Shown here piece by piece: positions 26,226 to 37,857 of a stretch of 64,000 nucleotides of DNA (its first letter is position 1; each line of letters starts with the position of its first letter). The stretch spans positions 213,466,001-213,530,000 of the forward strand of contig OZ024743.1 in the NCBI GenBank assembly GCA_964016885.1, read 5' to 3'. The position numbers were made by a program, and so were the translations under genes. The DNA comes from Eledone cirrhosa (taxonomy: Eukaryota). Under the pieces are notes generated by a model. That model made no database searches, was not told where the DNA came from, and was given only the letters and a program-made list of their open reading frames with translations.

Positions 26226-26727
26226 TTCCTCATTTTATAGCTTCAAGAACGCGTCTACACGACGTGAGAAAGAATCCCAAAAGGCGGAGGGGGAGATAGT
26301 CACGCGATATAACGGTCGAGAAACAGAGCTAAGCCTCCTATAACCTCGAAGAAAATACCACGGAGGCGGAGGGGGTATTTATATCGAAGCCGTAGAAGAG
26401 GTGGTAAAGGAGGCGAGAAGTATGAGTAATGGCAGCTTTCCAGCAGTCACTACACTTCATAGATTACTCGACCAGGGGGAGTTATGAACAATATATTTAG
26501 AAACACACAGATACATGCGGACACACACATATACATGAATGCATCCACATCCAACCGTGAGTCAATGGTGCCAACCCTACCGATGTTGCTCAATGAATGA
26601 CTGGGGCAGACCAATCCGGTTGAACCAGACTGAACCAGTATCAGAGTTAAAAATACATTATGAAGAGAGAAGGAACATTTAGATATAATTAGTAATAAAA
26701 TGTATCATACCTAAACTGCTCCTAGAT

Positions 26728-26817
26728 TCCTCGACTACGTAGTTTCGTGGCATAAACAAAAACAGTACATCATAAAGATATAGAGCCTTTGCGAGGTCTG
26801 CCGACTTATCAAGAGGA
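26728..26817 (-). ncRNA. Type I hammerhead motif, U3:A8 variant (tandem copy)
   Basis: Identical motif 592 nt from the first. Confidence 0.78.
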
Positions 26818-27093
26818 TACCTCATTTTATAGCTTCAAGAAAGCGTCTACACGACGTGAGAAAGAATCCCAAAAGGCGGAGGGGGAGAATTACTCATACT
26901 TCTCGCCTCCTTTACCACCTCTTCTACGGCTTCGATATAAATACCCCCTCCGCCTCCGTGGTATTTTCTTCGAGGTTATAGGAGGCTTAGCTCTGTTTCT
27001 CGACCGTTATATCGCGTGACTATCTCCCCCTCCGCCTTTTGGGATTCTTTCTCACGTCGTGTAGACGCGTTCTTGAAGCTATAAAATGAGGTA

Positions 27094-27183
27094 TCCTCTT
27101 GATAAGTCGGCAGACCTCGCAAAGGCTCTATATCTTTATGAGGTACTGTTTTTGTTTATGCCACGAAACTACGTAGTCGAGGA
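27094..27183 (+). ncRNA. Type I hammerhead motif, U3:A8 variant (inverted copy)
   Basis: tcctc 27094-98, TTGATAA 27099-105, GAAA 27165-68, CTACGTAG, TC, gagga 27179-83. Confidence 0.78.
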
Positions 27184-27255
27184 ATCTAGGAGCAGTTTAG
27201 GTATGATACATTTTATTACTAATTATATCTAAATGTTCCTTCTCTCTTCATAATG

Positions 27256-27289
<34 letters not shown>

Positions 27290-27643
27290 AGTGAATGAAA
27301 CTGTTATGTTCTCGACAGCTTCATCGACAACTACGATATCCCACCACCTTATGCGTCACAATTCTAATACCTCAATTTGTATTCCAAGTCTCTAATAATT
27401 TGTCGAGAATCCTTTGTATTTCTATTATATATTTTCTTTCCAAATCTCCGTTGACTTAGCAATCAAAAATTTATGTCGAGTAAAAAAATATACTTTACCC
27501 TTGGAGCGGTGTTTCATTATTGCAATAATTGCTTGGGAACACGAGTTATGTCTCCGAGCACATCTGCAAATTTCCAGCCATTTGCTTTATCTAGAAGATC
27601 GGATCAGGTTTGGTCTTTTATTTGCTATCTTTTCTGCATTATT

Positions 27644-27835
27644 GTGGTGGATTGGCAGAATCGGTAGAGCGTTGGACACCGTGCTTTGTAGCATAGATTT
27701 ATGGCCCTTTACGTTCTGAGTTCAAATCCCGCCGAGGTTAACTTTGCCTTTCATCCTTGCGGGATAGATAACATAAAGTACCAGTAATGCACGGAGGTAT
27801 TTGCTGGCCTTGTGCCAAAACTAGAATCAATTATT
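27644..27835 (+). mobile_element. tRNA-derived SINE
   Basis: Same family as 18132. A partial copy is also at 28274-28410. Confidence 0.87.
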
Positions 27836-28895
27836 ATATACCAGTCTTCCACGCTAGCTTTGATACTGAACTGTTCTAAAGAGATGGAATGCGGTTTATA
27901 AAACAGATGCGTGTTTTGCTTTTTTACGCTATGTGTCCCGCATTTGATCTTAAGTTTCTAAATGAATTCATATTATATTAAACTTATTCAGTTTAACATT
28001 TATATACTGGTGCAGCAGCCACAAAACAGGACATCATTTTGTTGCTTATACATTTAAAGCACATAAAACAATACATGCAAGAAAACTAGATTGAAAATTA
28101 TTAATTTATCACGGTCACCTCTTTTATAGAATTCCACAAAAATATAGGGATTAACAAAGAAAACGTTAATATTTATATATGAAACATGATAATTAACAGT
28201 GATATAGTACATGTCAATTAAACTATGAACGTTGGCTGAAATTGACTGTTAAGCTATTATACATTCGCCAACGAGGCGACGAATTGGCAGAGTCGGTAGA
28301 GCATCAGATAGAATACTTTGCAGTATTCGTTCCGATACCCTGCTTTCTGTTCAAATCCCGCCGAGGTCAACATTGCTTTTCTTCCCTTTAAGGGTGACGA
28401 ATAGTACTACTGGTGGGTCGACGTTTCCTCTATATCTATTTCTCATTTCTATTCACCTTCTCTCTATCCTTCTCTGGAAGAAATCTGCTGTATTCAGACC
28501 TGGATAGTAGAATGCCCCGCCATCTTTCAAAATGGACTAGAAACGTTGTATGTCAATATAGCGTCCCTACAGCACACCCAGGAGTTACGGATCCATACAT
28601 AGATACAGACATATTCACCAAAGACGATCACATTGACAACTTTATTCCTATGAAACGTCGTTGCTTACGAGTGAACGCCACAACGAAACGTTAATATTGT
28701 TATTTCACTTAGATGATGTGAACAAAAAGGACTTGAAACATTAATGGGCTTCGGAATACTGTTGTCTGAATAATTAAGTATAAGGAATTAATTTAGAAAT
28801 AGGACAATGTCCCTTATAGAACATTAAAATCGAGCAACCCGTCGAATTATCAACATACACACAAAAACGCACGCATACACATACATACGCATACA

Positions 28896-28966
<71 letters not shown>

Positions 28967-29240
28967 AAAATTAAGATAAATCAAAGTGAATTTAATCTAG
29001 ATCAAAATTATGGGTGTCATGCCAGAAAGGCATACGCCATATCACCCGTAAAATAAGCTCCAAGATTCTAATGAATATGTCCGAGCATTTTATAACAACT
29101 AGAAATTGATTAACATATAAATAAACATATGAAACAATCACAGGGGATAATGTTTACAGTGTGTAAGCACACATAGCTAGGTAGGTAACTAAATAAAGTT
29201 AACTAGAACTTCAAAAATAGATACCTTATAATATGATTAA

Positions 29241-29335
29241 TCTTCCCTGTATATATTCCATTAAAGAAATATATTTCACCAACTAATCGAAAGGTAAACC
29301 ACGGAGGCCGATACTTGGATTTTCAACAAGGAAGA
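29241..29335 (-). ncRNA. Type I hammerhead motif, U3:A8 variant
   Basis: Reverse-complement copy of 29554-29648. Confidence 0.78.
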
Positions 29336-29553
29336 AGTCCAGCCATCTGTGTTTACGCATTAAGTTCAAATCAGCGACTGGCCAGTAACACGTGCTGTAT
29401 CTACAAAAATACACACATCATACCAGCTTCGTCCCAGTGGCGTGAATAGGGTTATCGACAACTAGAAACAGCAGTCAAGTCCTTTCAACAGAGTTAGCTC
29501 TATCAGGCCAGTCGCTGATTTGAACTTAATGCGTAAACACAGATGGCTGGACT

Positions 29554-29648
29554 TCTTCCTTGTTGAAAATCCAAGTATCGGCCTCCGTGGTTTACCTTTC
29601 GATTAATTGGTGAAATATATTTCTTTAATGGAATATATACAGGGAAGA
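29554..29648 (+). ncRNA. Type I hammerhead motif, U3:A8 variant
   Basis: TCTTCCTTG-TTGAAAA-tCCAA...TTGGt-GAAA-TATATTTC(tttaat)GGAATATA-TA-CAGGGAAGA. 9-bp stem I, 8-bp stem III, AUA cleavage triplet. Confidence 0.8.
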
Positions 29649-29798
29649 TTAATCATATTATAAGGTATCTATTTTTGAAGTTCTAGTTAACTTTATTTAG
29701 TTACCTACCTAGCTATGTGTGCTTACACACTTGTAAAAATTATCCCCTGTGATTGTTTCAAATGTTTATTTATTTATATGTTAATCAATTTCTAATTG

Positions 29799-29874
<76 letters not shown>

Positions 29875-29878
<4 letters not shown>

Positions 29879-30056
29879 AAAGAGCCAGGACTCCGACGGC
29901 TGTGCTATGGCCGTTTCGACAGCTAGATCCGAACAGTTCGGATCTAGCTGTCGAAACGGCCGGATCTCTTTTCCTATTACCCGGTGTTCTACCCTAAGTA
30001 TTGAGTACTCTGGTGCGTTATAGTCCACCTGGTTTCTTACCACACTTTCTTTGATT
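29875..30056 (+). mobile_element. Short fold-back Penelope-like 3' terminus (variant subfamily) in (TA)n
   Basis: Hairpin GGCCGTTTCGACAGCTAGATCCGAAC-A-GTTCGGATCTAGCTGTCGAAACGGCC plus tail CCCTAAGTATTGAGTACTCTGGTGCGTTAT, shared with 36657 and 37001. Confidence 0.8.
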
Positions 30057-30211
30057 TATATATATATACACATGCACATACACGCACTCAAAATATATAA
30101 ATGGATCAAATGTATGCATGTATATATATATATATACATACATACATTTGATGCATTTATATGTTTTGTGTGTGTGTGTATACACACACACACACACATA
30201 TATATATATAG

Positions 30212-30242
<31 letters not shown>

Positions 30243-31589
30243 AATTTATTTATATAATGAGTGAGTGTAAATACCATTTGACGTGACGCTGTCAATATTC
30301 ATGAAAGGATAAATATTTCCAGTTTTTCATCATCGAATATTATTTCGGATTAATTCTCATCGCCTGGCTTGAACCTGACCAGTTTTTGACCTCACATCTA
30401 TGGTTAGGCCTCAATGAAATTCACTACCGACTTGCGACTTGTCACTTAAACAATCCAACTACGATAATATTTTTATTAAGACTCCTGTCTACCGAGATAT
30501 TATTCCCAAATATCTTCCTATCTGTCATTCTCCTCTCACGATTGCCATTTTTTTTCTTATGGATGCCAGATACTTATTTTTCTGTTTCAATAATGATAAA
30601 GCTGTCAAATATTTTCTTTTCCTGACTAGAAGATGAAAATAAAACCACAATAAGCAAACAAATATACGGATATTATAAAAAAATGAACTAAATATACAAA
30701 AATTAAAACAGGTCTTCGTCAAGTTTGTTTCTAATTTCAAGGCATACATTTTCATATTTCTTTTCTAATAAATCAATACTGTCAATTCTAATAACTTATA
30801 AATTTATATATCGCTTTTATTAACATATCCTATTGAAACAAGTAGAAAATGTAGCTTCTATTTTATAATATAATATTGTATGTTATACAACCACACAGAC
30901 ACATATATATGTACACATACATACATATATGTGTGTGCCTTTATGTATATGCATGTGTGTATGTGTGTGTGTCGGTGTGCATGAACAAGGATCCGAATGG
31001 GGATTATGGTGATATAAAAAGAAGGCCAATACAAGCTAATATTCTCGCAATCGAATGCCTATAATATATGCGGTCTTATCGCGCATGAAAAACATGACAA
31101 TATAATGCGCAGCTGAAAAACTGGGGTATGCTAGATCAAGTCATATGGACTGCTTTCATGAAAATGATGTCCAGTTTCGGAGATTCTTCTGTGGAAACCG
31201 CAATCTTCAGCGTACATATGTATGTGTGTATCCATAATTCCTGATGGAGACAGGGGCATACAGAATTTCCTGGGTATTTAAAACCTGGCGGTGCTCATCA
31301 CCTCTTCAGATCTGAACAAAATCGATTCCTTCCGAAGAAACAGAAATAATGTGATAGAGAGGAGGTAAGAAAGAGACAGAGAAAGAATAGGCTCGAGTAG
31401 TGGGCTGGTACAGTTTTACTGATCTCGGCGTGATTTGAACTAAAAGGCAGAACAAATACTGCAAAATATTATATCCAACAGTTTAGCAACTCTGTCAATT
31501 CTAGTGTATATTTCTACAGGGGAACAGCTATCAACCGAGTAACGAAATTTAACACTAGCTCACTACGAGAATAGAAATTCTTACTTACA

Positions 31590-32400
31590 GATATCACTCA
31601 GACACGTCTTCCAATGGATTCTATCACAAACATCAATCTCCAAACAATCCGTATGGATATCCAAGGGAGACCAACTGAGTTTATGGATGCTATTCAACCT
31701 TCTCACACATGGCCTATCTCTGCGTCACCTGTCGTCTGACTTTACTTGTAAAATCTGTTCAGTGATTTTTTCTTTAGACGTCTTCACCACATGCCCTACC
31801 CGTGGCAGGTCTTCGAGAAATCGTGTGAGTATTGCCAAGAGATGTATTTTTGTTTTGTCGAGCTGGAAATGACACAACCGCTTTCCATGTGGCATATTGT
31901 AGAAGGTTGTGCAAGTGAATGCGATCAACAGACAACATTTTGTTACCTTGATGATCCCATAGCCGTTTAATAATTGTATTCGTATGATTGGTGCTAAATC
32001 CAACCCATTCAATATGAGTTCTTATCGCCTAGGGTGCACGTTGTCACATGTCTTGTTTATAAACTTCAAGAACAAGATTGATATGCGCAGCCGCATTCGA
32101 GGTGGTATCAAAATCGGTAGGTGTAAGATTAGTCCGTTGAGACATGCAGACGGAATGGTGCTATTTAACCCTTTGGAAGGGTATCTCCGACATACACTGG
32201 ATAATATTGCTTCCAAGTGATGTACGGCAGTAATAAAATAAGCGCTGTGATGACTGAGACATTAGTCCTCCCGAGAAAGCCTACACAGTACGAGTTGCCT
32301 GTGAGTGGAATGACACCGAAGCAGCCACCGAAGTTCTAGTGTCTCGGGTCCGTTTTCTTGAGTGATGGAAAACAGGTGACTGAATGAAATGCAAGTATAA
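31590..32400 (+). mobile_element. Decayed RTE-clade LINE RT fragment
   Basis: GAKSNPFNMSSYRLGCTLSHVLF...ISPLRHADGMVL, homologous to the 20430-21180 fragment. Confidence 0.65.
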
Positions 32401-33314
32401 GGACCGTATGCATAAATTACTTGTTCATATTTATTTAGCAGCGATTTGCGTATAAATATTTTCCCTTGTAACCAGTCGATGTATATGCATGTGTGAGTAT
32501 GTGTGTTTTTTCTGCTTGAAATTTGGCGTCTAAGTAATCTTATTGCGTAACGACATAAGCTACGAAGTTATTTTGCTTATCTGTCGTTCTATTCCCTAGC
32601 CAGACACCTTCTCTCTTCCTACATACATTCTATTTTCGATTAATAATATCTTTACTAAACCTGAGTTAGAATTCTAGAATTCAACAAATCTAAGCAACTA
32701 TCTCCATTCTATTTCATCTCTACCCACATATTATTCACTATGTCATTAACGCCCACAAGTAACCAGCTTTAAGCATTTATCCTGTCTCAGTGCTGAATCC
32801 AATATTCGTCCCTGGTAATCTTGCCGTTAAATGAAAATGTGTTTCCTTTTGGCTTATATATTCATATTCATCATAAACAGACAGTAGAAAATGGGTTGTA
32901 TATCTTTCCCATAGGGAATTAACACAATGAAGTAGCTTCTACAAGTTCATTCGACCTACTAGAAATAGCAGGGAAATCTTGTTTCAATAACATTTTTCCG
33001 TCTAAAAAGAAATGACGCAATGGATAATTGAATATAAGATACACTATACATAGACAAGCAAAGCAACTAAGATGCCTTTAATCTTAGGTCTGATTTGAGT
33101 CTTAGCAACGATGATGACAAAAATATTACTAACAAACGCATAATTCTTTTTGAAAAAAAAACAAACAAACAAAAAATTATGAATCTTTAGTTGAGATCTT
33201 TGTTGAAGCAGAATTCCAGTAGTTCTCATTCTATAGTCTGTTATTTAGTGTGAAGAATCTGAAAAAAAATCGATATCAAGATATAAAGATTAAAACATGT
33301 AAAAATCAGAAAAA

Positions 33315-33345
<31 letters not shown>

Positions 33346-35053
33346 GGAAACAGAAAAATGTTTCAACCCAAACTTATGTAATGCAACTGCAGATAAAAAG
33401 CATAAACATTTCTCTTTAGAAAGTAGAATATATTTCCATAAAAGCTAAATGTATTTTTCACAGATGACTATTTTGTATATTCATATTGGTCCATAGCATA
33501 TGTATTGCTATTGATGCTGACAGGCTGAAAGGGAAGTTAGAGAATTAGCCATATATCCAGATGAACACATTAATTTGATATACTTTTGTTCAGAATATAA
33601 TACTGTATTATAATATAACAGCAGGTTTTCAGGAGATTTGTAAGTATTTTTAGATTGAGTTATTTTCGAGTGTTGAGAGATGTAGCTGAATCTTCCAGCC
33701 AGGTCAAATTCTATGAAAAAATTGAAATGCTATCATACTATTTATAGATTCTATTCCCAAATTATTAATGGATGCTGTAGTCTGTTAAGATAGCACCTTT
33801 TCTTGTATTTGAATCATTTCGAACCCTTTTATCTATTCTTATTTTAGATTTTATAATTTATCGATAAAAGTTTGAACATTAGGTGAAGCTGTCAATACCT
33901 CAGGTTATAGAATTATGAATGAAACGTTGATTCCAGTGAATGTATTTAATAGAATCATATCGCCTACATTGCTATGCAACCGTACATCACTTGAGTTAGA
34001 GAAATCAATTCCGTATGTTATATTTAAACTTGAAGATAATTGAGAATATTTCTCATACTAATCGTTTCTTTTTATTTTAATGCTATTATTGCTTTGGTAG
34101 GCGAAAAGGGATCTGCCTATGGTCCCTGCAGGCTCTCCTGGAATTGCGCAGATTACACAACTTGTTATATGTAAAATTATTACTGCTTAAGTGAACGTCA
34201 TTCACGAGAACATAGTAATTAATATATCGATGAAGATAACAAATACCATCTTTTATTACACCCACCACTCTAGAAAAAAGAAAAAAACTTGAGCCAACGG
34301 GGGTACCTCTATATTTTCCTGTAATCCGCGAGAATTAGCAGCCCTATACATTTCAAATTACGCAGTGCCATTTATAAAAAGAACACACAAGATAATGTTC
34401 GTGATATGGAATTTCTGGAAACACAAGGGAGTATAGCTACAGCCTGGAATACTATTGATCATAGGCATACCTGCTGAGAGCTGAGTCTGGTTTAAATAAG
34501 GAAAAGCAAACTAAAATAATATGAATAAAAAATCCACAACGTCGACAATACCATTAGAATATGTAATAGGAAAATATGAAGCACAGTAGTGTTTCTCGAA
34601 AATAAGAAAATAAACAGAAGGTACAATGAAGGTAATAATAACAATCTATACTTCGTTAATATATACAAACTAATTTTTATGAAAAGCAGAGAGATAAAGA
34701 CTTTTCTGAAAGGTAGAGCATGGGATATAAAAAAGGAGGGTTTTCAGAGGTAATGGAATTCACAAAAAAAAAAAAAATCTTATATATACTTTAAAAGAAA
34801 TGGTTTGAATTGTTTAAGCTTTTCCGTGAATATAGAAAGTAGGGACCCCATTTGGTCACCATAAAGAGAGATGAGGAGGGCGAGAGAGATGGAGGGGATG
34901 GCAGTGAGAGTTCGGCCCTTCCATGTTCGGACCATATCCTTGTGATTGAGTTCATTATTTATACAGAAAATCTACACACTGGTATCCGTCTATCTAGCTA
35001 TCAAAGAAAGTAGATTGACGTCTGAACTAGTACTTTTTTAATAAATCTAATAA

Positions 35054-35238
35054 GTGTTTCTACTTTTGGAACAAGGCCAGCAATTATCCCAGTGTATTAC
35101 TGGTACTTTATTTTATCGACCCGGTAAGGATGAAAGCAAAGTTAACCTTGGCGGGATTTGAACTCAGTCCGTAAAGGGACGTAACTGTGCTGCAAAGCAT
35201 GGCGTCCCACTCTCTACAGATACTGCCAATCCACCGCC
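35054..35238 (-). mobile_element. tRNA-derived SINE with 17-bp TSD
   Basis: TTTAATAAATCTAATAA at 35037-35053 and 35239-35255. Confidence 0.92.
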
Positions 35239-35626
35239 TTTAATAAATCTAATAACGTTATTTCAATAGATTCATACTATTTCATTATATTTATCTCTCT
35301 ATTCTTTGAAATGTAGTGTAGTGTAAAATATTTAATCTTTATAGCAATCATTAAATACTACAAGCAATTTTATATCAGATATGTTCCTTTCAATTATATT
35401 TTTTTCTCCATGTAAGATTACAATGAGGAAACAATGATAATAAATTCTTAAAAACAAATCAAGTGAGTAATTGTGGGACACATTTGTGAAGTTTTCTCAT
35501 ATGTCACCGTAGCCAAAACATTTATAGCATATAATGCATATAAATATACATATTTATAAACATACATTCATATACCTAAGTATATATATATATATAGTTA
35601 TGTAATAAACAACATAAGATAATTAT

Positions 35627-35707
35627 TTCATTTACCAGTGGTTTCTTGAAGACAGATGTTGAGTCTGAATGAATATGTTGAGTCTGATGTTGAGTCGTCA
35701 GAATGAA
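35627..35707 (-). ncRNA. Hammerhead-like motif (C3:G8 core, disturbed stem II); mutated copy at 36263-36330 (+)
   Basis: TTCATT-CTGACGA-...-GAAA-CCACTGG-TA-AATGAA. The plus copy has core CTGCCGA. Confidence 0.55.
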
Positions 35708-36003
35708 TACAAAACATGGTGTTTTTATTAAATATGTATTTGAAAACAAAATTTGGGAAATATCAAAGTGAGGCTGAAAAAAAACGGGCGAAAAGGAAAT
35801 AGGGGAAAAAAATATAAAAAATATATATATAAAAATATAAATATCCAGAACGTAAACATACACACACTCAACTAGGCGCATATACTAAATACAACTTATG
35901 CGGCTTCATATGCAAATGAGATTAATCACCTCATTTACACAACGAGAAAAGTGTATTTTCTCGCCTGTCTTCTAGTCCAGCAGTCGCAAGCGGTGGGAGG
36001 GAG

Positions 36004-36043
36004 CGTCCTGACGAAGGCCAGTTAAGCCTGAAATGCATAGACG
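36004..36043 (+). ncRNA. Minimal type I hammerhead ribozyme (canonical core)
   Basis: CGTC-CTGACGA-AGGC(CAGTTAA)GCCT-GAAA-TGCA-TA-GACG, with palindromic stem III ATGCAT. Confidence 0.85.
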
Positions 36044-36424
36044 GACACCAGAGGACGTTAGCCCCTCGGTGTTTGCATAGCTAGGGCTTCCTAAAACCAT
36101 ATATCCTTGGAGATACGAAATATTTATTTTATGATATATATATATATTTTTTTATATTTTTTCACCCTATTTCCTTTTCGCCGGTTTTTTTCAGCCTCAC
36201 TTTCATATTTCCTAAATTTTGTCTTCATAATCCATATTTAATAAAAACACCATGTTTTATTATTCATTCTGCCGACAGCCAACTGAAGACAGACACAACA
36301 CCTGTGTTCAAGAAACCACTGGTAAATTAAATAATTATCTTATGTTGTTTATTACATAACTAATAAGCTCTGTAGCCTACATAGAGCACTCTTTTTTCCT
36401 GTACCTTTCTGACGGAAATACTTC

Positions 36425-36476
<52 letters not shown>

Positions 36477-36480
<4 letters not shown>

Positions 36481-36624
36481 TAAAATAACAGATTAAAGTT
36501 TAAGCAAAGAATCGCAATTAATCTGTTATTTTAATAAATATTTGCTCTACGGTTCTTATATATTTGATATATATTTATCCTTATCGAGCCCTCTTTGGAT
36601 TTTAGTCTTCAAATTTATTATTAT

Positions 36625-36628
<4 letters not shown>
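36477..36628. repeat. Small fold-back element (20-bp arms TTATTAAAATAACAGATTAA) plus tail, in (TA)n
   Basis: Arms at 36477-36496 and ~36519-36538, flanked by TA runs. Confidence 0.7.
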
Positions 36629-36656
<28 letters not shown>

Positions 36657-36658
<2 letters not shown>

Positions 36659-36843
36659 GAAAATGTTTAACCCCAACGGCAGAGCTCAAGCCGTGTCGAC
36701 GGCTATTTCTGAAATAGCCGTCGAAACGGCTTGAGCTCTGCCGTCGGGGTTAAACATTTTCCTATTACCCACTCTACTACCCTAAGTATTGAGTACTCTG
36801 GTGCGTTATGGTCCATCTGGTTCCTTACCACAATTCCTTCGTT
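36657..36843 (+). mobile_element. Short fold-back Penelope-like 3' terminus in (TA)n
   Basis: Hairpin 36657-36763 centred at 36710. The arm matches the 3' end of the GIY-YIG element (25340-25392). Confidence 0.88.
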
Positions 36844-37000
36844 ATATATATGTGTGTGTGTGAATATATATATATATTCCATCATGTTATGAGCGAAAAT
36901 AAATTTTGTTTATATATATAAAGAGAGAGAGAGAGAGAGTTGTAGAGAGAAAGAGGGCGAGAGCAGGGGATGGGAGTGAGATTTAGTATATATATATATA

Positions 37001-37199
37001 TAACAAAGGAATTGTGGTAAGGGATCAGATGGACCATAACGCACCAGAGTACTCAATACTTAGGGTAGTAGAGTGAGAAATAGGAAAAAGTATGACCCCG
37101 ACGACAGAGCTCAAGCCGTTTCGACGGCTATTTCTGGACTCGACGGCTATATCTGGACGTCGAAACGGTTTGAGCTCTGCCCTCGGGGTCATACTTTTT

Positions 37200-37203
<4 letters not shown>
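37001..37203 (-). mobile_element. Short fold-back Penelope-like 3' terminus in (TA)n
   Basis: Reverse-oriented sibling of 36657, with a duplicated CGACGGCTAT.TCTGGAC at the hairpin centre. Confidence 0.88.
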
Positions 37204-37234
<31 letters not shown>

Positions 37235-37857
37235 TAATCCATATATGTTTTAAATATATAGGTATATGTTAGTGCCGATTAAAACATTACCTTTTAAGAA
37301 CGGACACGCATTCTAAATTTAAATGTTTATTATTGCAATACATTTAAACTGACTGATAAATTTCGCCTTGTATGTGGCTCCTTCAACATGTTTGTCAGGG
37401 ATGATATTTGGAAATTTATTGACAAATATATTTCGAAGTGGGACATATGTACTAAGTAACTATGACATTTACAACTAACGATTTCGTAGTGGAAACTATG
37501 GGAAAATATAAAGCTTTGCTATCTAGATTGAGTGTTAATTAGGTGCTATTTGTGGAAGAAATATAACTAAAAGCGACAGAAGGATACATATGTGTAGCAT
37601 ACTTTTAGTAATGATCGAAGTTAGATAAGGACCAATTTTGGTAATAGTAATTAACGTACGTTTATACAATATTTTTACTGTTAGTCGATAATGTGGTTTT
37701 GCATTTTTTTTAAAATTCAAATATAATTACGCGTAGATATCTGAGTTTAGACGAAACAAGTGATTTAGTGAATCAAGTAATTGTGATTGGTTAATGTTAT
37801 TTCTAAGGTTTGAATTGGTGAGGGAAAGTTGTTTTCTTTCCTTGAACATGTATCTAT

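Larger units (their letters stand above)
25896..27257 (-). mobile_element. Non-coding tandem + inverted repeat element (Penelope pLTR-like / retrozyme-like), 592-bp period
   Basis: 25896-26296 is repeated at 26488-26888. 26889-27257 is the reverse complement of 26062-26430. TA runs flank both ends. Confidence 0.88.
28966..29802. mobile_element. Fold-back non-coding element: ~290-bp arms (29091-29382 / 29506-29802), in (TA)n
   Basis: The arms are near-perfect reverse complements around a ~123-nt spacer. TA runs on both sides. Confidence 0.9.
35595..36362. repeat. Imperfect ~235-bp inverted repeat (35595-35832 / 36135-36362) between TA runs
   Basis: The arms align as reverse complements with substitutions and internal short duplications. 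Confidence 0.88.
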
